A stretch of DNA of 64,000 nt from Squalus acanthias (Eukaryota). The DNA lies in contig CM059438.1 in assembly GCA_030390025.1 (NCBI GenBank), positions 15,562,001 through 15,626,000 of the forward strand. Direction: 5' to 3'. Numbering within the stretch: the first letter of the stretch is position 1; each line of letters starts with the position of its first letter. A program made the position numbers and the translations under genes. Shown here in pieces: positions 25,101-37,100 of this stretch. Below the pieces are notes generated by a model. The model was not told where the DNA came from and ran no database searches. It saw nothing but the letters and a program-made list of their open reading frames with translations.

Positions 25101-28100
25101 TGGTTAATTTATTTAACTATACTTATTTTATTAATGTGATGGTTTTTTTTTAAAATTTAATTGAGGTTTAGCTGTTCTTTTGGGGGGGTATAGTATTCAT
25201 AGCTTTCACAGCCGTGCTGTGAAAGCTATGAATGAAAGATGGTGTGCTGCCATTGGCTCTAACTGAGTCACGTGATCCCACAGCTCGCACGAATTAACTA
25301 CGCCTGTGGGATACGAAAGCACTGCACAGCTGCTGTCCAGAACATCAAGTTCGTGCGAGCTCGGACTGAAAAAGCCAGCGCGCAGTGAGAGATCGCGGGA
25401 AGGCCTTACCCTCGCACGAAGGCTCACTCACTAATTTTTGGGCCATTAAAAATTATACTTAATTAACCACTTACCTTGTTCAAAAGGGGTCTTATGCCTC
25501 CTTTTTTCTTGTGTAGAATCTTCCATACTTACCCTCGCGTTGAAACCTGAAAAAAAACCTAAGTGTGCTGCGTGCGCACAGCCTCTAGTGCGCACGCGGT
25601 TCACCTAGGAACCGCCCCCTTCGCCATACCGGAAGTGCCGGTTTCCCGCGCATGCGCAGTGCATGCAGGAAACCGACACTTCGTGACCGAATACGGGCGA
25701 GTATGCAGCGGGTACTCTTCCGTATTCGGCCGAATTTTTGGGCCATTATCAATATCAGCTTCCAGATTAATGCGCAGAACGGTTCTGCGCAGCGTTGGCA
25801 GCAGTCACTCTGTGTTTTAAGACACTGCCTCGTGTTGCAGTGTTCTGCTTCCTTTGATTTCACATTTCCACGATCCGCTCATTGCTTTTTATTCCTCCTC
25901 CTTTGCTTTCCATCTGATCGGCCCAATGTCCTATTCTGCTGCAGAGCTGCTCTTTACTGGTGTGGAGCGTTCTCTGCATTTGCCCGCTAGCAGTTGCAGC
26001 TCCACCCGCAATGGCTCCGACACAACATCATGCCCCATGTAGGTAAGAGCTGGGCTTTGCTAGCCAGGATGGTATCCTGATTATTGATCATGGGATCACA
26101 CAGCAACTCTTCACAGTTGCTTGAAATTAAATTGGATTCTGTTTGGCTTTTTTTTCCTGAAAAATTGGCAAATACCCAACCTTAATTCATCTTTTATAAC
26201 ATAAAAAAATAGGAGTTGGCCATTAAGCCCCTAGAGCCTGCTCCACCATTCAATTAGATCATGGCTGGTCTATAACTCAACTCCATTTACCTGCCTTGGT
26301 TCCATATCCCTTAATACCCTTACAACCTCAGTTTTGAAATTTTCAATTGACCTAGCCTCAAGAGCTTTTTGGGGGAGAGATTTCCACTACTATTTGTGTG
26401 AAGAAGTGCTTCCTGATATCACCCCTGAGCAGCCTAGCTCTAATGTTAAGGTTATCCCCCCCCACTTTGTTTTGGCCTCCCCTACCAGAGGAAATAGTTT
26501 CTCTCTATCTACCCTATCAAATCCTTTAATAATCTTAAACACTTCCATTAGATCACCCCTTAATCTTCTATACTCAAGGGAATACAAGCCTAGTCTGTGC
26601 AACAATACATTTTAAATGTATTCAATAACAATGGGCATATACTGTAACAAACTCTGCAAATCTCTGCAAACCAGTTAAACTTAATGGAGCTTTGCAGTTC
26701 TTTGTTGATTCTGTGTCTATGACATTCACCAGCTTTAATGGTATATATATTTAAACATAAAACACACAGAGCAAATGGGTCCAAAATGATTTGCAACAGT
26801 GCACACTCTTGGGCTCTGTTTCTTGATTCAATTGAGTCAATGAAAAGACTAAATCCCTCGACTCGTATCAATTTCATTTGGTACAGATGTTTCCATTTAA
26901 CCCATGGCTGCTGCTGCACTTCAGCACCCATGTAAATTATATCATCAGAACACATCTTAAATTCATCCAGTCAATAATGAGAATTACACAATATCTAATG
27001 GGTTGATGCAATTCTGTAATTACCGCTATAATTAGAAATGTAATATTACTCCGTTTCAAGGATAATTGACTCTAACTGCAGCTACATTGCTGTGGCAAAC
27101 CATGTAATTTTTTGTACCCTTTGACAGATTTTAAAAAAAATTAAAAATATTTAAAATTAACAATGCAGCCTGTCAGCCACAGGTTTCATAATTATGACAA
27201 AGGAGCAACAATATTATTCTAATAGTTCTTCTCTCTTGCAAATGGTTCATTATAGAGGAGTTCGTGCGCATTCTGCACAATACTTTCCCAATTTCCAACA
27301 CAACCTTACTACCAAAAGCTAACAGCCAATTACCTGAATAATCTGACTGTAGATTTCAATGCCCTCTATTACATTGTGAAACCTATTCAAGTCTAGGCTG
27401 TCCTGGAATGTATAAAATGCATGCCATTATTATACGGTTCAGATTCTGAATGTGTTTGCTGTTAAAAGCTATTATCACGCCCACTCTGTACTTTCAGCTG
27501 CCATGTTTAAATTTTACTGCCCAAGATATATTTGACAATTTGTTTCTCCGATAATCATAACACCATAGCAATAATTTTGTCAAATTAAAGCGTACAGTGT
27601 GTTCAGGCTTGATATGATTTCAATACTCAGTTATTTTCTTTTTACTTGTGACTTAAAATAGTAACATTTCATAAAATTGATCCCCAAAGGTGAGATTGTA
27701 TTACTTTAGATTAAAAAAAGCACAAAATAAAACCAGGAAATGTGTAGCGGGTTGGCGGTCAGCATCTGAGAGAGATAGATTTCATTTCAGGTATGACCCA
27801 GAAAATGAACCTATCTTTCTCTTTCAATTGCATTTGACCTGTTGTGCATTTGCAACGTTTTCTGTTGTAAAGCTTGTTACCATAACTGCACTCTGATTTC
27901 ATCAGAGATCTAGAAGCTTCCATAATAGAAGACATTTGCTACAAGCGTGAATCATTTTGCCTTGTTTAACCCTCAGACAATGCAGGAAGTCAAGAGTAAT
28001 AGCTGAGACACTGAAACAAACACTCATGTTTGCAGCAACACATTGATTGAGATGTTAGGAGCAGTTTTGTTCCTATAATAACACCATAGGACTAAAATAT

Positions 28101-31100
28101 ACACGCAAAATAAACTTTTAAACAAAATTTAAGAAATTTCAACACTAAGGGTGGACCTTTCAGTGTCTCTCACATAGCAAGTAACTTATTGGAAAATGGT
28201 GGGTGCTTAATGAGAGGACAGTTGTGGGCATTGCACATGCGATTTTCCAATAAGCCAACCATTGCATGCAATGCCTTGGTGCAGGGCCTCGGAATGTTCT
28301 GCCCTTTATTTCTGCTTATTCTGTCCTCCTTTCCACAATTCTCTTTTCTTTCTCATTTTCCATTTTTTTATGAATTTAACTATTTTTATTATATTTTATC
28401 CAACATATCCTAATCTAACTATTCTCACAGATTTTTGATTTAAAAAAAACCATTTTATTTACTTTTCTTTCTGGGCCTCTTATTTTGGAGGTGGGAGACA
28501 GATTGTAAAAACGGCCTCAGATTGGCTGCAAATTAGTGCCAAAGGCCAATTCTTTAACTACGTGTAGTTTAGCATTCTGAATTTTGATCTGGTCATAATA
28601 CAGTCATAATTTTCTTGCATCATCAATGAGTTATCTTGTTGATAGTGGTAGGAATGTGGTAACTAATTTGATTAAATGTACTCTCTTTATGTACAACAAT
28701 AACAACAATAACTATTTGCATTTATATAGCGCCTTTAACGTAGCAAAATGTCCCAAAGCGCTTCACAGGAGTATTATAAGACAAAAAATTTGACACCGAG
28801 CCACATAAGGAGAAATTAGGGCAGGTGACCAAAAGCTTGGTCAAAAAGGTAGGTTTTAAGGAGTGTCTTAAAGGAGGAAAAGAGGTAGAGAGGCAGAGAG
28901 GTTCAGGCAGGGAATTCCAGAGCTTCGGGCCCAGGCAACGGAAGCACGGCCACCAAAGGTTGAGCGATTATAATCAGGGATGCTCGAGGGCAGAATTAGA
29001 GGAGCGCAGATATCTTGGAGGGGGGGCGGGGTTGTGGGGCTGAAGGAGATTACAGAGATCGGGAGGGGCGAGGCCATGGAGCGATTTGAAAACAAGGATG
29101 AGAATTTTGAAATCGAGGTGTTGCTTAACCGGGAGCCAATGTAGGTCAGCGAGCACAGGGGTGATGGGTGAACGGGACTTGGTGCGAGTTAGGACACAGG
29201 CAGCCGAGTTTTGGATGACCTCAAGTTTACGTAGGGCAGAATGTGGAAGGCCAGCCAGGAGTGCGTTGGAATAGTCAAGTCGAGAGGTAACAAAGGCATG
29301 GATGAGGGTTTCAGCAGCAGGTGAGCTGAGGCGGGGCGGAGACAGGCGATGTTACGGAGGTGGAAATAGTCGGTCTTATTTATGCTTCGGATATGTGGTT
29401 GGAAGCTCATTTCAGGGTCAGATACGACACCAAGGTTGCGAACAGTGTATTCTTACTTTTCTATCTTGTTTACCTGCCTGCGTTTCAACATTTGTTGCAG
29501 CTCTTCCATTCTACACAGGTATGTCATTGCTCATGGTTTTACTTTCAAACTGTGATGCTTGCAAACACAGAAAACAGGGCAACCTTGTGTTGCCTTTTGC
29601 CTTTGCATGGTATGGATGCTGAAAAGGAAAACAGTTTTCCTTTAACCCTTAAAAGATTGAGAGAAAGACAGATCTTTTAAGGCAAGCATGCTGAATAAAC
29701 ATTTTATGTGAAATGTTGTTGCCACAGATGCATAACTCCCTCAACCTGTTGTGTTGTCGCATTCTGTTTTGAACAAAGAAGTGAGGCATGTATTTTAACA
29801 CCGGGCCACAGAATGCGAGGATAATGAATGTTTCAAGATTCTGCTTATCTGTACACTTAATTCATCTGCTGCTGAAACCCTTATCCTCGCTGACCTACAT
29901 TGGCTCCCGCTCCAGCAACGCCTCAATTTAAAATTCTCATCCTTGTTTTCAAATCCCTCCATGGCCTCCTCGCTCACAATCTCTGTAACCTCCTCCAGCC
30001 CTCCAACCCTCTGAGACCTCTGCGCTCCTCCAATTCTGGCCTCTTGCGCATCCCTGATTTTAATCGCTCCACCATTGGCGGCTGTGCCTTCAGCTGCCTA
30101 GTCCCTAAGCTCTGGAAATCCCTCCCTAAACCTCTCCGCTTCTCAACCTCTCTGCCCTCCTTTATGACGTTCCTTAAAAGCTTCCTCTTTGACAAAGCTT
30201 TTGGTCACCTGTCCTAATATTTCCTTATGTGACTCAGTGTCAAATTTTGCTCGATAGCGCTCCTGTGAAGCACCTTGGGATGTTTTACTAAATTAAAGGC
30301 GCTATATAAATGCAAGTTGTTGTTAGTCTCCCATTTTGCCGTCACAGTCTCTGACTCATAATAGTGGCCAGAGCCATTCCACTGTCCTGTGCTGATGGTA
30401 GTCTCAGGTAATCGCTTGGGATTAGTGGTAAACAGTAATTTGGCAACCCAACTCCAAGAAGGCATTGTCACTGCAGCTGGTAATATATTTGGAGTTACCT
30501 CTACTGCTTAGCTTGGGTCTGTGCTGTATTTGTATTTGTGTTGTGGTGAAGCCTGGAATGGCAGAAACCCACTTTGGTAATTGTTTGGCTTAGGATGATC
30601 TTTAATTTAGACATTTTAAATGATAGTTCAGGATTATTTCTATATTATTTCGAGCATGATGGTGTCAATTATTTCTTTAAGGAATGGAGTAGTCTACTGT
30701 AAAATCCAGTATTTAAGTCAACCTTGTATGTTTATTGTATTGAGAGGGTTTACAATGAGAACCAAATACAGATTTTTATATTCGATTTTGCAATATTTCA
30801 TGTGTAGTGAATTATGATTCTTAATTTTCTTCAGTTTTACACAGACCAACTGAATGATCATCTTGAAGAGAAGCCCTTTAAAAATTGTAGCATATTCAGC
30901 GATTAATGAAAGGATATAGATATAAACGACATTCTATTCAGAAAATCCAGTTTATAAATTATTACCTGCATTGACTGACTCTTACTCATGTGATGGAAAT
31001 TTTTCAATTATTAGACATAAAATGTAGTTTCTTTAACCCTCTGGGATTAGATTTCATTTTGATCTTACTATATAAATATGTATTTCATATTTATATAGCC

Positions 31101-34100
31101 AAATTGGATGTTGAAGAGTTGTATTATAGAATGACTCCAAAATGCTCCAGGAGTATTCAAATATTTCTACTCAGAGTGTTAAAATAGAATGATTTGTATG
31201 TATTTTATCTGAGCAAAATCTTGCAGTATATCACTTGGTGAAAGTTTTTTTAATTAACATATTTTAAGTGTGGGTGAAGTTTGGTAGTTAAACTAACACA
31301 CCGTTATAATGTAACTAGAGCCGCCTTGTTGTAAAGTAAATTTTGAATTAATTTTAGTTACTTTATTACTGCTCATCTGTTTTTGTTGTATACACTTAAA
31401 AAAAAAAAAAAATTCTATCCTATTCTCATTATCCTTTACTCTTCTTATTGGAGGCAATGAGCCATCCAGTGGTCGGAACTCCCCTCTCCCTATTCGGCCA
31501 GACAGCAGGCCTCTAACACCATCTTTTGTTCAGGCCCCTAAACATTTCCATCTTCCAGGTAGGAGTTAAACCACATCAGTGTCAGTGTTGCAGTAAAGGC
31601 TATAGCTATGTCTTTATCTCCATGTCCTGTCTCCATCTCGCTTCACAGATTCTTTGGATGCTATTTTTCAATCTGTGCTCACACTTAAAAAACAAGCCTA
31701 TGAAAGCACTCACTAACACAGGCACCCTGTAGAAAGTGTGGGTTGTATACAGATCACCTGACTGCTTTTACAGTGTGGTTATGTATAAAAGACATGTTGA
31801 CGTCTATTGGAATTTGTACCCATCCAATTTGGTCTGAAGATTTCTAAAACGGATTTGAAAAGATTGTGTTTTTAAATAGGAATCCAATTCTTTGTTTTAT
31901 ATTGTGCAGACATTAGTTGTTAAGATTTTGAAAGTTTTGAATGAATGTTCAGCAACAGACATTAAAACTCGAACCATAATCCCTATCCTGCCTCTGTCCC
32001 TTTTTGGATATGACAGAAAGCAGCAACCTAATCTCTATCCTGTATCTATCTTTACATCAAAACTCATATAAACTGTACACACTGACTTCACCTGACGGTC
32101 TGCTACTGAGCCTGGTCAGCATGGAGCAAAACTATAGCAGCAATGTCTGAGACACAAATAATGGACTACACAGGCAGTATATTTTCAATGCTTGTACATT
32201 AACCACTCTGTAGGCCTGGATCTGTCAACTGACTGTACACAGATTTAATATAGGTCTTTGTAAACCATTTTTGTGTGCAGTGAAGATGCATCAGGTTTAT
32301 AGGAAAATCAGAAAATCCTAAACAGTTATTGTAGATCCCAGTTCTAAGCTATGTGAATGTGGACGTATTAGCAGTATTTAAATGTAGCCTGACTACAATG
32401 TAGATGTGCTGGTCTCTTGTGGGTTTGTTCTATAAATGGACACAAGGTATGGCACCAAAAGACTACTATTTATAAACATGTGTGTAATTAATAAGAATAT
32501 AAGGCATACATGGTAAATGGAGATACATTGCTTATAGGACAAATAATTTCAGTATTGGCTGCATAAGACTGTACTGCAGTTGTGGACAGATGTTTGACAC
32601 ACAGAAGTGAAGGGGAGCTGATATTAAAGCTGTAGGATGAGTGGTGGACAAGTCTCAATGACCCTGATTAAAAACTGATTTACTTTGTATCACACAAGCC
32701 ATATAACATGCAAGGGAATACACTGCAGCGGGGCACAGAAAATGGTACAACAAAATATTATTGATTTGAGCAGATCAGCTGGCAACACGGGCAAAGGTAG
32801 GCTTTTGGCATAGTGCAGTAATTTTTGCTGGGATTATACATTGAGAAGGTTTACATGACAAATGAAGACCCATGTGAAAATATATTTATGTCACCACATA
32901 AATTCACAGAATGACAATCACAATCTATTCACATAAATTATTTTCATACTACGCAGATCATTATTTGATGAAAGCAGATTGTGTCTTTCAATTGTGTTTT
33001 CCTCCAATTTTCCCCTCTTGTCATGATAGTTCTCGGGTTAGGGTACGGTCCAGTTTTCCTCCAGTAGCTTCCCTAAGTGGCCATTCTTGCTTGACGGTGA
33101 GTGTCAGCAGAGTATTCCCCCCGAGGGAGGCATCAAGGCCAAGCAGAAACCTGTCCTCGCCTGACATTCCCACGCACGCACCTTGGGAATTTTGGGTAGC
33201 ATTCGGGAAAGGTAACCCCTCCCCTAGTTCAGGGACGCACAGACTGATTACGGCACCCCGTTATCCCCGCCTGATTGAGATCAGCTAACTAAGCACAGAC
33301 TGGGGACCGAGACTGGCACCTTCAGATCTGCATGCCTCAGTTTCAAAATCAGGATTTGTTGTTCCAAGGAAAGTTATTGTACGTGTAGAGAATTTTGCAT
33401 GAGAATGAGAGCATTAGAGAGGGTGCGGAGGAGATTGACGAGGATGTTGCCAGGACTGGGGAATTTTAGCTATGAGGAAAGATTGGATAGGCTGGGGTTG
33501 TTTTCTTTGGAACAGAGGAGGCTGAGGGGAGACTTGATTGAAGTGTATAAAATTACGAGGGGCCTAGATAGAGTGGATAGGAAGGACCTATTTCCCTTAG
33601 CAGAGAGGTCAATAACAAGGGGGCATAAATTTAAAGTCATTGGTAGAAGGATTAGAGGGGAGTTGAGGAGAACTTTTTTCATCCAGAGGGTGGTGGGGGT
33701 CTGGAACTCGCTGCCTGAAAGGGTGGTAGAGGCAGAAATCCTCCTCACATTTAAAAAGTACTTGGATACGCGCTTGGAGTGCTGTAACCTACAAGGCTAC
33801 GGACCAAGAGCTGGAAAGTGGGATTAGGCTGGATAGCTCTTTTTCGGCTGACACAGACACGATGGGCTGAATGGTCTCCTTCTGTGCCGTAAATTTCTAT
33901 GATTCTATGAATTGAGATTGCCCTAAGCTGAAGAAAGGAGCTGTGAGAACAAGCTAGGGCCAAAGCTAGAAAACTGCAAGACTTCACAAGCAGAGTCACT
34001 GAGACATAATGAACAGACAGGCTAGTGCACCAAGATGCTGTTGAGACTCTGGATAGTTTGTTGGTGCCATAGTATCAAATTTGCATCCCTCAAAATCCAC

Positions 34101-37100
34101 TCTTAAAATAGAAACTCTTGACCTCCACAAGGACCAGTTCTGCTGCCCGTCTGAGGAAAATTCAATATTGCCCTGACTTCTTCTGCTGGAATATAACGAG
34201 ATGATATCAAAACATTTCCCAGCTGCAGACAGCAAAGATAATATATGAATTAAAATAATCAAATGATGATACAGAAATAGGTACGGTCTGTTTGAGATGG
34301 CAATGATGAAGTAAAATGACAATAAGCCCAGGTCTTTGTGTTTTTTTTTTTACCATTCTGACACACAGTTACTTCCCCATTAGAAAGTACAATTCCCAAA
34401 TTGAAAACCAAATTTCAAATTGACAAATTTTCTTGGCACATCCATGCACTGAATTGATCAACCGGAAGGATGCAGGCACACTAAAGAATCTTGTGTCGTT
34501 GTTTCAGATCTCGCCCAGCACATTGCGTTTTCTGTGTGTTTTATGTTCATTTGACATATCAGCAACAATAATGAGGCTGCAATACTCCACGACCCAGTGT
34601 TCTGCTTCGAGCAGTTTATTATTGAAGTACATCACTCACGATCAAGTTTGAGAGATTTCTCTGAATGAATATAGTGTAGACTGATAATCCCAAATCATTT
34701 ATTTTGTTGATCTCAGTTCCTGCCAGTTAGAGCTGGAAAGGTAAGATTTGTATCAGACTATTTTAAACTTGTTGACTTTGATCTACTCAAGCACTGCTTC
34801 TAAAACTCTGAGAGCTGTCAGACATATAAGTGTTAATGATTAAGATGTTGGCTAATTTAAAACAGTGTCTAATCAAACCTCCTCCAAGCTGAGTTCACCG
34901 TTGTTTTACTCACACTGACCTTGCCCAATGACACAATGGCTGCCTAATAACATATTAGCCCTACGCAGTGACACACTATATCTGCCTGGTGTCACACTGA
35001 CCTGGTCTAATGTCATACCAATGTTGCCAAGTACGAGCATGTCTTGTGCTGCACTAAACCTGTCCAGCAACAAACTAATCCCGGCCTGCACCATACAGAC
35101 AATTCCCGGTTACATGCTGAGCCTGCACTTGACCATACTGTTCCTGCCAAGAGTTGTACCAGCCCTGCCCAGTGATTTAATGATCCTGCCTGATGCTGTA
35201 CTGAGCTGGACCAGTCACGTACTGAGCCCACCTGGTGTTGCGTTTACCCTGCACAGTGACACACTGAGCCTGCATGGTACGGTACTAACCCTGCCTAGTG
35301 CTATAATGAGCCTGTCTTGGAGCTAGACCAAGCCTACCACAGCCCATCCCATTTCAAATGATGATGGCACTCTTCACATTACATACACGTCAGTGATCCT
35401 GAATATATTCATCTAAATCCCTGGCTAGGACCTTGTGATGCAGAGCACAGGTTACTCAGCATCATTTTTAATTAAACTGTGTTTTGACTTCTATCAGTAA
35501 AATGGCGGTGCTCAATAGATGGCACTTCAAACAGGATGTGGGCTGAATAATGTACTTAAATGAAAAACTTTAGAAGCAGAAACTCTGTGCGGCATTCAAT
35601 GCTTCATGTAAAAAGTGGAAATCTCAATCATAAATTGTTGCCATTATCCTTGTTCTGATTATTCATATATTGAAGTATTTGCAGTGTCGGTGTCCACACA
35701 AGTGTTTTGCTGTGTTGTTGCTGAAGCTGATTGTTGGCATCAGATGGTTATGAGACCAAATCCTAGAATTAACACTAACATGTCACATTGACGTTTGCCC
35801 TTATTTGTGTTGCATCCTGTATTAGATCACTCTGCCTTTTGAGCTTTGCTTGGTATTAATATCAGAAAGGATTCATTTTCTAATGGCATTATGTAATAAT
35901 TAATAAGCTGTTTAACTTTCTTCCCGCAGACCAAGGGACTAATATATACAGAAAGCCTCCTATCTACAAGCAATATGGTACAGTTCCTTTCTCCTTTGTT
36001 TTTGACTTCTGATAACTTGGTATATTATTACAGAACTGAATTCTCCTCTCTACTCTTCCTCCATTAAATAGCTAATTGAATGTATTTTTCCTGAGATATT
36101 AGCTCTGGTGAAGGTTAAGAATCTCTTGCTGTGTTAGTTGCTCGATTAGATGGTAGCTAAAGTGATTTGCTTCATAGTTAGATGGTTATGAGACCAAATC
36201 CCAGAATTAACCAGAAGTCAAATCCAGTGTGAAGAGTTTCGGTAATTTTCAATGAAGAGTAATACTTTTGTCCACCTCAGCTTAGACTGCTTCCCTCTCA
36301 CCAGTCAAGTGGTGTTGGCAGTCTTGGAGAAGTCTGGAGCCTTCTTAAGCATTGTCCAACCTAATAAGGACACTACAGACAACATGAAGGTGGGCAGGAT
36401 GGAGTATTAAGTACAGAAACATTTTTGGGAGAGAGGAGTTTGGTGCATTTTCTTTTTTACTTTCACCAGTGCTGGAGAATGGAAAGCTTTTCCAGTTTGG
36501 ATCGGGTGTCAGCATCAAGCATCAAAAGAGCACCTTACTGCACCAGTGTGAATTTTTTCCATTTACATGCTTTTGCTACCATATTGTCTCCCTGGGCAAG
36601 ATTACTAATTCAGTCTAAATGTGTGCCTAATTATGGACAGCTTGTGGTCCAGACCCAAGCTCACTCGGAACTAGATTGAGGTTGCCAAACTCATTTCACC
36701 AAGAGCTTACAGCCAGCAGAGGGAGGAAACTTTCACAGTCTGGGATGGATTCATACCTTGGTCCCATAGGTAAAAATCTAGTGTGTTAACTGGCTGCACC
36801 ACTCAATATCCAATTCATCATTTTGAGAAAAATTACTGTTTTTCAGATTTGAATAGAATTGTTCATTGTACTTGTTTCCATCCATTTATTGTATGCTTCA
36901 AAGTTGATATCAGATCCATCTCCTCGTTTTCTCATCATTCTTTTTTATTGTTTTGCTCATTTCCATGATTCTACCTCACCCTTCCATTAATATGTGCCTG
37001 CCTTGTTTTCCCACTAACAACACGCATATTAATGTGTAAGTACTGTTTGAAGTCATGCTGCTCATGAATTTCCTTAACCTGTAGGTCTTTCTAAATAAGA

